DNA from: Bdellovibrionales bacterium
GTDB lineage: Bacteria; Bdellovibrionota; Bdellovibrionia; Bdellovibrionales; UBA1609
DNA length: 64,000 nt
Direction: 5' to 3'
NCBI GenBank assembly: GCA_965199825.1
Contig: OZ241329.1
Location: 1,920,001 to 1,984,000, forward strand
Shown here one piece after another: positions 38,897 to 47,649 of this stretch; the first letter of the stretch is position 1, and every line of letters begins with the position of its first letter. Position numbers and translations under genes: made by a program. The notes below the pieces were generated by a model. It made no database searches and was not told the DNA's origin. It was given only the letters and a program-made list of their open reading frames with translations.

Positions 38897-40516
38897 ATGA
38901 TTTTTTCACTTCTCTTGTCTTTGGCCTTTGCCCAAAATCTGATCCAGCCACATGTTGTCGGTGGCTTACCTGTCACCCAATTTCCCAGTTATTTCTTAGG
39001 CATTATGGATATGGAGACCGACACGGTCACCTGCGGAGCTTCCTTGATTGATCCTCGGGTGGCGATTACCGCGGCTCATTGTGCGGGGCACTTGGCTGAG
39101 TCTTTAAATTTAACCACAAGTAAAAAATCGGATGATCCAAATAAAAAGTCACTCATCAAGATCTTAACGATCAGGGTGCATGAGGATTTTGATTCCACCT
39201 CTCTCAAAAATGATGTGGCGTTGTTGTGGCTTGAAGATTATTCCACTCGCACCTTTTCAAGGCCATTGGTGCCTATTGAACTCGACCGCTCGGGGCCCGA
39301 ATCGGACTTGAGTCGGCGCTATAAGGTTTCGGGTTTTGGCAATCTGACTTCGTATGGGTATCTCTTAGCTGATCATTTGTTTGAGGCGTTTTTAAACCCC
39401 ATTTCTCTTGAGACCTGTCGCACCTTTAAATCCTACGAAGAAGTCGGCCCAAGCCAACTGTGTATGGAAACAAAAACAGGCGGCGTCGACAGCTGTCAGG
39501 GTGATTCAGGCGGGCCGCTGGTGAGTTATGATTCAAAAAATAAAGTGAGTCTTGCAGGTGTGGTGAGTTTTGGAGTGGGTTGCGCACAAAAAAATGAGCC
39601 AGGTGTGTACTCGCGTATCTCTGCTTTTTTTAAATGGATCGAAAGTGCTAAAAAGGATTTTACAAAACCTGCACCCGAGCTCACATCAAGTCGTCTTAAG
39701 AGTTCATTGCTGAGGTCCTGCGATCGAATCACTTTTTCTAAAGGTCCTCAAGTTTTCGAAGCGGATTGGCCCAGTCACTTGGTTGGAGGAGACATCAATC
39801 ATCAGGAGAGTGTTTGGGATTGTGAATTCCAAAGCGAATGGGGTGAGACCTTTTTTGCCGAAGCTTTTTTAACAAACGACAATAAAATCAGTTTGGTTGT
39901 GAAAGATCTGAGTGGAAAAGTTTGGACTGCTCCATTGCAGACTCATTTAAAACAAATCGAAATGGGCTGTACGATTCAAAATCAGTTGATGAATATCAAG
40001 TTCGACGGAACACTTCCTCAAGTCCAGTGGGGAAAATCAATTTATAATCTCACCCCCACCAATCCCTTTAACACCGATCAGTTTTTGGCTTGTGGAGATC
40101 AGCAAAATAATTTTCAAGTCGCCAAATTCGATCAAAAACTTTTTTTTAAAATCACCGCACGCAGTTTAAATAAATTTAATTTGTATTTTTCGGCCTCAGA
40201 GAAAGATGTTGTGACCAAAACAGTTTCTATTTTGGTTCATGATGGGCCCCAGCAGATTTTTGAAGTCATCAATACGACCGACACCGACATTTACAATTAT
40301 CAAATCGAATGCGACCAAAAATTTAAACTCTACGACGGCTTAAAAACCTTTGGGACGATTGCCAAAAATCGCAGCCAATTTCTATTTTTATTTGGTCAAA
40401 GTTCTGATTGGCAGCTTGAAAAAAAGCGGACTCGAGTTTTTAGTATTGAAGGGCATGTGGATCGCCGGCTCAATTGTGAGATCAATGGGCAAAATATGAA
40501 TATTAATTTTAATTAA
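38897..40516 (+). CDS. Secreted trypsin-like (S1) serine protease with C-terminal extension
   Basis: Signal peptide, VVGG, TAAHC, NDVALL, DSCQGDSGGP, PGVYSRI. Confidence 0.9.
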   Translation: MIFSLLLSLAFAQNLIQPHVVGGLPVTQFPSYFLGIMDMETDTVTCGASLIDPRVAITAAHCAGHLAESLNLTTSKKSDDPNKKSLIKILTIRVHEDFDSTSLKNDVALLWLEDYSTRTFSRPLVPIELDRSGPESDLSRRYKVSGFGNLTSYGYLLADHLFEAFLNPISLETCRTFKSYEEVGPSQLCMETKTGGVDSCQGDSGGPLVSYDSKNKVSLAGVVSFGVGCAQKNEPGVYSRISAFFKWIESAKKDFTKPAPELTSSRLKSSLLRSCDRITFSKGPQVFEADWPSHLVGGDINHQESVWDCEFQSEWGETFFAEAFLTNDNKISLVVKDLSGKVWTAPLQTHLKQIEMGCTIQNQLMNIKFDGTLPQVQWGKSIYNLTPTNPFNTDQFLACGDQQNNFQVAKFDQKLFFKITARSLNKFNLYFSASEKDVVTKTVSILVHDGPQQIFEVINTTDTDIYNYQIECDQKFKLYDGLKTFGTIAKNRSQFLFLFGQSSDWQLEKKRTRVFSIEGHVDRRLNCEINGQNMNINFN

Positions 40517-40839
40517 ACATTAAATGAGGACCCGCAGCCGCAGGTCTTGGTGGCATTAGGATTTGAAAACACAAAACCTTTGCCGTTAAGTCCACCTTCA
40601 TAATCGAGCGACATGCCGATCAGATAAAGTAGACTTTTCGAGTCGACAACAACCTTTGCGCCATTGCTTTCAAAAACCTTATCGCCTTGAGCAACGGTGG
40701 TATCAAAATTCATTTTATACGACATGCCCGAGCATCCGCCGCGCTTCACAAACACGCGCAGCATGGATTGGCTATCTAAGCCTTCGTCAGATTGGAGGTT
40801 TTGGATTTTTTTTGCAGCCATCTCGCTAATTTGAATCAT
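40513..40839 (-). CDS. iscA: A-type Fe-S carrier (IscA/HesB)
   Basis: GGCSGMSY, NPNATKTCGCGSSF. Confidence 0.92.
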   Translation of the reverse strand: MIQISEMAAKKIQNLQSDEGLDSQSMLRVFVKRGGCSGMSYKMNFDTTVAQGDKVFESNGAKVVVDSKSLLYLIGMSLDYEGGLNGKGFVFSNPNATKTCGCGSSFNV

Positions 40840-40851
40840 AGGGTTACGATA

Positions 40852-41967
40852 TCACAAAAAAGCCGGATTTTCTAGTTGAGTGATCTTGCGCCAGCTCGAT
40901 AAAAAATATTCGCATTCTTCCCAGGTGTTTTGACGTCCCAGGCCAATTCGGTAGCTGTTGTCACTCGAGATATTTAAAGCACTGAGCACATGACTTGGCT
41001 CATTTTGGGCACAAGCCGAGCCGCGGCTAAAGGCGAATTCAGCAAGGTAAAGTGCTGCGAGAGTTGAGCTCACTTCTGGCGCGGTAAAATGAAGATGGCC
41101 CGGAAGTCTCTGAATGAGATGTCCATTTAGAATAAGGTCAGGCGAAATTTTTTTGAGCTCAAAAAAAAGCTGATCGCGCATTTGGCTTAAAGCGTTGGAA
41201 TCCACGGCAATGGACTCCATTTGAAGTTCGCAAGCTCGGCCAAATCCCACAATCCCTGGCACATTTAGGGTTCCGGGTCGAAGGCCAAGCTCCTGCGAGC
41301 CACCACGAAAAATAGCCTCAAGCTTTAAGCCCTTTTTTTTATACAAAGCGCCTACACCCTTTGGACCATAAAGTTTATGGGCCGAAAATGAAGCCAAATC
41401 GAGGTTTGATTTTTTGACATCAAACGAAAGCTTACCCAAAATTTGGACCGCATCGCAGTGAAAGAGAATGTCTTTGGATTTTAAAAATCGGCCAATCTCT
41501 TCGACCGGATTGAGTGAGCCCACTTCGTTATTTGCAGCCATCACCGAGACCAGCCGAGTGTTTGACTTCAAGTGAGGTTCAAGACTTTTTACCGAAGCTT
41601 GGCCCATGGAATTGGATGAAAGTAGCTGGGCATCAACCCCTCTTTGTGTGAGCGCTTCGAACACATCCAAGATTGATTTGTGCTCCACCTTGTAAGTCAG
41701 CGCATGATCGTTTTGGCGCAGACATCCCATTAGACTGAGGTTGTTGCTTTCGGTTCCACCGCTTGTCCAAAAAATTTCTTCGGGCTCACAATTGATAAAT
41801 TGAGCGACTTGCTCGCGCGCTTTTTTTACCGCTCGGGCCGCTTCCATTCCAAAACGATGCGAAGATGAAGGATTACCAAAATGTTCTGAAAAGTAGGGAA
41901 GCATTGCTTTAAGCACTTCGCTTAAAACCGGAGTCGTGGCATTGTTATCAAAATAAATTGCTCGCAT
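40852..41967 (-). CDS. iscS: Cysteine desulfurase (IscS/NifS family)
   Basis: YFDNNATTP, TSGGTESNN, SAHKLYGPKGVG, SRGSAC. Confidence 0.88.
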   Translation of the reverse strand: MRAIYFDNNATTPVLSEVLKAMLPYFSEHFGNPSSSHRFGMEAARAVKKAREQVAQFINCEPEEIFWTSGGTESNNLSLMGCLRQNDHALTYKVEHKSILDVFEALTQRGVDAQLLSSNSMGQASVKSLEPHLKSNTRLVSVMAANNEVGSLNPVEEIGRFLKSKDILFHCDAVQILGKLSFDVKKSNLDLASFSAHKLYGPKGVGALYKKKGLKLEAIFRGGSQELGLRPGTLNVPGIVGFGRACELQMESIAVDSNALSQMRDQLFFELKKISPDLILNGHLIQRLPGHLHFTAPEVSSTLAALYLAEFAFSRGSACAQNEPSHVLSALNISSDNSYRIGLGRQNTWEECEYFLSSWRKITQLENPAFL

Positions 41968-42015
41968 AAAAGGTAATTTATCTCCCTCATACAAATGCTT
42001 TTTTCGGAGGTCACC

Positions 42016-43182
42016 ATGGATCTATTTAATCCCACCGACGAGCACAAAATGCTTCGCGAAACCATCGAAAGCTTTGTGACCTCGGAAGTCGAGCCTCAAG
42101 CGTTAGAGTATGACCGCAAAGAGCATTTCAACTTAGAACTTTTTAAAAAGCTAGGCGATTTAGGTTTACTCGGAATCTCTGTGGACGAAAAATACGGCGG
42201 CACAGGCATGGATGCGGTGAGCACCGTGATCGCTCACGAGGAAATTTCGACTTCAGATCCTGGTTTGTGTTTGGCTTATTTGGCTCACGCCATTTTATCG
42301 GCACACAATATCGCGATGAATGCGAACGAAGGTATCCGGCTTAAACTTTTGCCCGACCTCTGTCGTGGCGAAAAAGTGGGAGCCATGGCCATTTCTGAAG
42401 CCGATCATGGAACCGATGTTTTAAATATGGCCACCACAGCGATCAAAAAGGGCGATCATTATGTGCTTAATGGTCGAAAGATGTGGATCACCAACGGAAC
42501 CGTTGACGAAAATAAAACTCCTGCCGATGTGGTGGTGGTTTATGCCCGAACGGGGGAGAGCAACGGGAAGCCAAAAATTTCGACCTTTATTGTTGAAAAA
42601 GGAATGAAGGGCTACTCGGTTGGTCAAAAAATAAAAGATAAAACCGGGATGCGCGCCTCCAATACCGCGGAGCTGGTTTTTCAGGATTGCGAAGTTCCTT
42701 TGAGCCACTTGTGCGGCGAAGAGGGCGATTCGATGATTCATATGATGCGCAATTTAGAGATCGAACGCCTTGCCCTTGCCGCAATGAGCTTAGGGATTGC
42801 GAAACGCAGTATCCGAGTGATGCTGCGCTATGCGCGCGAGCGAAAAGCATTTGGAAAATCTTTAAGCCAATTTGGTCAAGTTCAACGCCATATTGCCGAG
42901 AGCTATTCGGAATACATGGCAGCACGATGCTATGTGTACAACACCGCCCACAATCTTGACCTTAAAAGCTCGGGTCAGCGCACCGACTCAGACGGAGTAA
43001 AATTGTTTGCTTCGACTATGGGTAAAAACGTGGCCGATCGAGCGATGCAAGTCTTAGGCGGCTACGGTTATGTGGGTGAGTATGTGGTTGAGAGGTTGTG
43101 GCGAGACGCAAAACTTTTAGAAATTGGTGGCGGCACTCTCGAGGCGCATCAAAAAAATATCACCCGCGACTTACAAATTTAA
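42016..43182 (+). CDS. Acyl-CoA dehydrogenase (isovaleryl-CoA dehydrogenase-like)
   Basis: LNGRKMWITNG, GMRASNTAELVF, QVLGGYGY, RDAKLLEIGGGT. Confidence 0.9.
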   Translation: MDLFNPTDEHKMLRETIESFVTSEVEPQALEYDRKEHFNLELFKKLGDLGLLGISVDEKYGGTGMDAVSTVIAHEEISTSDPGLCLAYLAHAILSAHNIAMNANEGIRLKLLPDLCRGEKVGAMAISEADHGTDVLNMATTAIKKGDHYVLNGRKMWITNGTVDENKTPADVVVVYARTGESNGKPKISTFIVEKGMKGYSVGQKIKDKTGMRASNTAELVFQDCEVPLSHLCGEEGDSMIHMMRNLEIERLALAAMSLGIAKRSIRVMLRYARERKAFGKSLSQFGQVQRHIAESYSEYMAARCYVYNTAHNLDLKSSGQRTDSDGVKLFASTMGKNVADRAMQVLGGYGYVGEYVVERLWRDAKLLEIGGGTLEAHQKNITRDLQI

Positions 43183-44523
43183 AAGCGGCGGGTGTTTTAC
43201 AATTTGTTCTGAAATTTTTCGACCATTGAGTTTGCATTTTAAAACCGACAAAAACACAAATGTCCCACCGAGTTTGCGGTCGAGAAATACAATTTCTCTC
43301 GGAGGGGTTCTCACCCGAAATGTAAATGCCAAATCGGTGGCTTGTTTGGCCACCCGGTTGGGTAAGTCCGAAGCTCCCCAATCGTAAATTCCGTCTTGAT
43401 CCATAAACTCTTTTGGTGCAAGCGCGGGTTCAACAAAGGGTTCACAAATCATAAAGCAAAGCTGAATATATTTTCTGATCAAATCAAGCGGGTCATCGGG
43501 CATCAAGAGCGAAAGACCTTGTCCGCCTTCAATCACCATTTCGGAATTGTGTTCGAAGCCACCCTTCATCAATTGATGGTAGCTCTTTAAAAAATCAAGA
43601 GGCACTTTTCTGACCGCTCCAAAATCGAGCAAGATCAGTTTGTCTTTTTCTTTTCCTATTGCGATTCGATAATTTCCCAGATGCGGATCGGTTTGGACTA
43701 ATCCAAATTCAAGGAGCTCTTTAAGATAAAGATCTAAAAAGGCCTTTCCTAAAAGATTTCGACGTTCTTGCGAAAGGTCGGCCACTTTTTGGCTATCGGC
43801 CACATCGCCCTCAAGAAAGGATGTGGCAATCACACGCTGACTCGAAAAATCATCGTAAACTTTTGCAACCAAATAGCGCTCATCGTTTTTTAAAAGATCA
43901 TAAAACTGCTTAGTAAATTTGGCTTCGATCCGGTAGTCGACCTCTTGGTGAAGCATCTCGCGAACCTCAACAAAAATTTGATCAAAGCGTGGACCTTTGG
44001 GCAAAATATGAGCCACTGAAAAGATGGTTTTTAAAACTCGCAAATCATTATCGATCGCCTTATCCACTCCAGGATATTGAATTTTAAGAGCAAGCGGAGT
44101 GCGGTCGGACTTGATCCAGGCCCGATGCACTTGACCTAAAGAGGCTGCAGCGGTGGGAGTTTCTTCGATTTCAAGAAGTGCGAGTTTGTCTTTTCCCAAT
44201 TCTTTTAACAAAACTTTTTTTATTTGGGAGTAAGCCAGTGGTGGAGACTGAAACTGAAGAGATTTTAATATTTGATTGGCCTCTTTGGGCAAAAAATGTT
44301 CTCCGTACATCGAGAGCATTTGGCCCACCTTCATCAGCGAACCTTTAAGTTCGCCGAGTTCCTTGGTGAGGCTTTCTATTTGTGAGGCGATAAATTCGGT
44401 GGGATTCCCGGTGATCGCCCCTTTGGCCGCAAGGACCCCAGTGCGCAGGCCAATTTTGGCTAAGCTGAAGCTACGAGAAAATATTCCGGATTTAATTTTT
44501 GCCAGTTCTTTTGGTTTTGCCAT
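43171..44523 (-). CDS. ABC1/AarF/UbiB atypical kinase
   Basis: MKVGQ, AASLGQVH, KIQYPGV, QTDPHLGNY, LLDFG. Confidence 0.9.
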   Translation of the reverse strand: MAKPKELAKIKSGIFSRSFSLAKIGLRTGVLAAKGAITGNPTEFIASQIESLTKELGELKGSLMKVGQMLSMYGEHFLPKEANQILKSLQFQSPPLAYSQIKKVLLKELGKDKLALLEIEETPTAAASLGQVHRAWIKSDRTPLALKIQYPGVDKAIDNDLRVLKTIFSVAHILPKGPRFDQIFVEVREMLHQEVDYRIEAKFTKQFYDLLKNDERYLVAKVYDDFSSQRVIATSFLEGDVADSQKVADLSQERRNLLGKAFLDLYLKELLEFGLVQTDPHLGNYRIAIGKEKDKLILLDFGAVRKVPLDFLKSYHQLMKGGFEHNSEMVIEGGQGLSLLMPDDPLDLIRKYIQLCFMICEPFVEPALAPKEFMDQDGIYDWGASDLPNRVAKQATDLAFTFRVRTPPREIVFLDRKLGGTFVFLSVLKCKLNGRKISEQIVKHPPLLNL

Positions 44524-44605
44524 GTGGGTTTAAGAGTATGTCAACTTTGCCGGATACACAAATGCAGTTGCGAATTCGTTATTCCTCCCGCACCATCCTC
44601 AACTT

Positions 44606-45643
44606 ATGACTGCAGCCGTATTGACCGTGGGTACCGAAATCACCAGCGGTGAAATTTTAAATCGCAATAGCTCCTGGATCTCAGACCGTCTCGAAAAATT
44701 TGGGGTTGAGGTTTTGATTCATATGAGCGCCCCTGACGATCATGACTTGATTCTTTATGCATTAAATAGCCTTAAAACCAAAGTCGACCTCATTTTGGTG
44801 ACAGGCGGGCTTGGTCCAACCACAGATGATTTTACCCGTGAGGTCATTGCCGATTTTGTTCAGCAGCCTTTGGTTTTCAATCAAAAAATATTTGATGATT
44901 TAAAAAGACTTTATACTCAGCGAGGCCTTCCACTCCGAGAGGCCCACCGTCAGCAATGTTATTTTCCCGAGACTGCACAAATTTTAAATAATCCGGTGGG
45001 AACTGCTCATGGGTTCCTGCTTCAAAACCAGTCGCTCACCCTTGCGGTTTTGCCTGGACCTCCGCGCGAGGTCGAAGGGGTTTTTGATCTCGATTTTGCT
45101 CAGTACTTACTTACGCTCAAAATCGAAAAGCAAAATCAGCTCACCGTTTTTAAATGTTTGGGTGTTCCTGAAAGTGAAGTGGCCGAGATTGTCGAAAAAG
45201 AGTTGGCAGGGAAGGGCTTGATACTTGGCTACAGAGCCTCACACCCTTATGTTTATGTCAAAATTTGGGCGCCCCCTAATCAAACATTTTTTGTTGAACG
45301 ACTGAAATCTCTCTTAAAATCCTGGTTGATCGAAATCGATCTGGCCGAAGCCTTCCTAAAACTAGCTCCGCCTTCGGCTGTTATTTTAGATCAAGCCTCT
45401 GGAGGGCATTTGATGTTGCGACTCCAACCGTTTTTAAAACTTCGCCCCGACATCTCGATATTATTTTCTAAAAATCATTTTGAATCTCAGTTCGTGTTAG
45501 AGCAGCATTCCGATTCTTTTGTGGTCAAGGCACCCAATTTGGTTGAGACCATTTTGCTTCCCTATAAAATGGTGGCCGACTCTGATCGCGGCCGAATTTT
45601 TATGGTGGAGCACGCTTTAAAGATATTTGTGAATGGACTTTAA
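44606..45643 (+). CDS. CinA-like (molybdopterin-binding N-terminal domain) protein
   Basis: VGTEITSG, TGGLGPTTDDFT, NPVGTAHG, LPGPPRE; C-terminal domain short and divergent. Confidence 0.8.
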   Translation: MTAAVLTVGTEITSGEILNRNSSWISDRLEKFGVEVLIHMSAPDDHDLILYALNSLKTKVDLILVTGGLGPTTDDFTREVIADFVQQPLVFNQKIFDDLKRLYTQRGLPLREAHRQQCYFPETAQILNNPVGTAHGFLLQNQSLTLAVLPGPPREVEGVFDLDFAQYLLTLKIEKQNQLTVFKCLGVPESEVAEIVEKELAGKGLILGYRASHPYVYVKIWAPPNQTFFVERLKSLLKSWLIEIDLAEAFLKLAPPSAVILDQASGGHLMLRLQPFLKLRPDISILFSKNHFESQFVLEQHSDSFVVKAPNLVETILLPYKMVADSDRGRIFMVEHALKIFVNGL

Positions 45644-46324
45644 ATGATTCAGGTTGGCGAGCATCTTTTTAGCGCCCAAACGATTATCGATGAGTTGTCT
45701 AAATATCTGATGCCCGAACGGCTTTTAAAAATTCAACAGGTAGCGCTTCATCGGATTGTTGATGTGGTCCCGGTGTTAGAAAATATTTATGATCGCGGCA
45801 ACATCAGTGCGGTGATGCGAACCGGTGAAGCCTTAGGATTTGCAAATATGGCGGTCATCGATTCTAAACCACAAAAGTTTAAGGCCGCCAATCGGGTGAC
45901 ACAGGGTGCGGACAAATGGCTTGAGGTCAAAAATTACTCATCCGCTTTAGAGGCGATCGAGGATTTGAACTCACAAGGTTTTGCGGTTTATGCGACTGCG
46001 CTCACAGAAAAATCTTTACCTCTTGATCAAGTTCCATTTGAAAAAAAAATGGCTTTTATATTGGGCAATGAAAAAGATGGGGTCAGCCCCGAAGCCTTAA
46101 ACCTGTGTCAGGGAAATTTTTTAATTCCGATGAGTGGATTTTCGCAAAGTTTTAATATTTCGGTGGCGGCGGCTTTGGTATTTCAACAAGCGGTGATCGC
46201 AAGAAAAAACAATCTTCGGATAGATCAAGACTTACAAAATGAATTGATCGCAAAGTATATGTTAAAAAGTTTGGGCTCTGGCCAAAAAATTTTAGAACAA
46301 GCTCGGCTCAACGGAAAAATTTAG
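45644..46324 (+). CDS. TrmH/SpoU RNA methyltransferase
   Basis: NISAVMRT, GNEKDGVS, IPMSGFSQSFNISVAAA. Confidence 0.9.
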   Translation: MIQVGEHLFSAQTIIDELSKYLMPERLLKIQQVALHRIVDVVPVLENIYDRGNISAVMRTGEALGFANMAVIDSKPQKFKAANRVTQGADKWLEVKNYSSALEAIEDLNSQGFAVYATALTEKSLPLDQVPFEKKMAFILGNEKDGVSPEALNLCQGNFLIPMSGFSQSFNISVAAALVFQQAVIARKNNLRIDQDLQNELIAKYMLKSLGSGQKILEQARLNGKI

Positions 46325-46832
46325 ACTGGGTCTCAATGCGGGAGAGCTCTTTGTCATTGTGAGCCCGCAAACTTTTAAGATTTTTTAGTTCGCGTTCGGT
46401 GCGTGACGGGGATTCGACACTTTGAACTTGAGTGAGGATTGATTCCATTTTTCTTTCAAGATTCAAATTTTCGCGTTGAAGTGCCAGCACCCGGCGGCCT
46501 TTTTTAAATGCGGTTAAAAAATCGCCTTCAAGATGAAACGGACACACATAGTAATAAAGCTCGCCACTTTGCCCCAAGGAATAGCCATTTTGGGGAGTGC
46601 AAAACTCGATCAGCCCTCGATCGCGACCGTTAAGATACATCGCCTGAAAGCTTTCGGTCATGGTCTCGGCACACTCGTTTTGATAACTCTCAAGACTATC
46701 GGCGGCGCGACCCATCGAGCCGTCACGACGACCCAACTCATACCAGTCTGCATTTTTACAAAACGATTGGGTTTGGGGGCTAACACATCCCCAAGTTGAG
46801 AAAACGAGCAAAAAGAGCATTGCATGTTTCAT
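46308..46832 (-). CDS. DUF2799-like lipoprotein
   Basis: Lipobox WGC, C..ADWYELGRRDG, FCTPQNGYSLG, VCP. Confidence 0.75.
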   Translation of the reverse strand: MKHAMLFLLVFSTWGCVSPQTQSFCKNADWYELGRRDGSMGRAADSLESYQNECAETMTESFQAMYLNGRDRGLIEFCTPQNGYSLGQSGELYYYVCPFHLEGDFLTAFKKGRRVLALQRENLNLERKMESILTQVQSVESPSRTERELKNLKSLRAHNDKELSRIETQSKFFR

Positions 46833-46994
46833 TAAGGATCCATTCTTAATACTTATTTTGAAAAATTTCAATTGAGCTGGGCTTTAAAAGAAGAACTTAC
46901 GCCTGTGTTTAAAAGTTAGTGAGTGGAATCGCCCTCAAGTCTAGTTTGAACCATTTGATTGAAGTTCCTTAAAGCCTTTGGCATTTTAGGATTT

Positions 46995-47513
46995 ATGACT
47001 GCTACAAAACCAAAATCAAAATCTAAAGATGTGGGTGTTAAAGATCTTTTGTTTCAAAAGGTGGCGGTGTTTGTTGACGCCGAAAATATTGAACTCTCAG
47101 GCCTCAAGCATCACGAAGGTCGCACCGATTACAAAAAGATTTTGGAACAGGTCGGAGATCGCGAGATCATCCGAATTTTATATTATAAGCCGGCCTATAA
47201 AGAGGTTTCCGAAGAATTCGAAAATTTTTGGAGCCGCCTTGGTGGCGAAATCAGACGGCCAAGCAAAAACGCCGATACCGTCTTGGTGATTGATGCGGTT
47301 ACCATGGCCGAAAAAATTGATGTGGCCATTATTTTGGGGGGCGATAAGGATTTTATCCCCCTCACTTGGTATTTGCGCTCTCGGGGCTGTCGGGTCGAAA
47401 TTTGGTCTTGGCCCGAAACGACTTCGCCCGAAATGAAAGAGGCTGCCGACTTTTATTTCCCACTATCAAAAGAATATGTGATGCCCGAGCCGACAAAAAC
47501 CAAAAAAGCCTAG
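46995..47513 (+). CDS. NYN (LabA/DUF88, PIN-like) domain protein
   Basis: VFVDAENI, KNADTVLVIDA, GGDKDFIP, ADFYF acidic motifs. Confidence 0.85.
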   Translation: MTATKPKSKSKDVGVKDLLFQKVAVFVDAENIELSGLKHHEGRTDYKKILEQVGDREIIRILYYKPAYKEVSEEFENFWSRLGGEIRRPSKNADTVLVIDAVTMAEKIDVAIILGGDKDFIPLTWYLRSRGCRVEIWSWPETTSPEMKEAADFYFPLSKEYVMPEPTKTKKA

Positions 47514-47554
47514 CCAGTGGAGCGCCTTCAAGGCTAAAAAGACTTTTTTCTTAT

Positions 47555-47631
47555 GCGATCGTAGCTCAGTTGGATAGAGTACCTGGCTTCGAACCAGGGT
47601 GTCGGGAGTTCGAGTCTCTCCGGTCGCACCA
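47555..47631 (+). tRNA. tRNA-Arg (anticodon TCG)
   Basis: Acceptor stem gcgatcg/cggtcgc, D-arm gctcagttggatagagt, anticodon arm cctgg-cttcgaa-ccagg, T-loop ttcgagt, encoded CCA. Confidence 0.97.
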
Positions 47632-47649
47632 ACTCTTATTCTTAAATTC

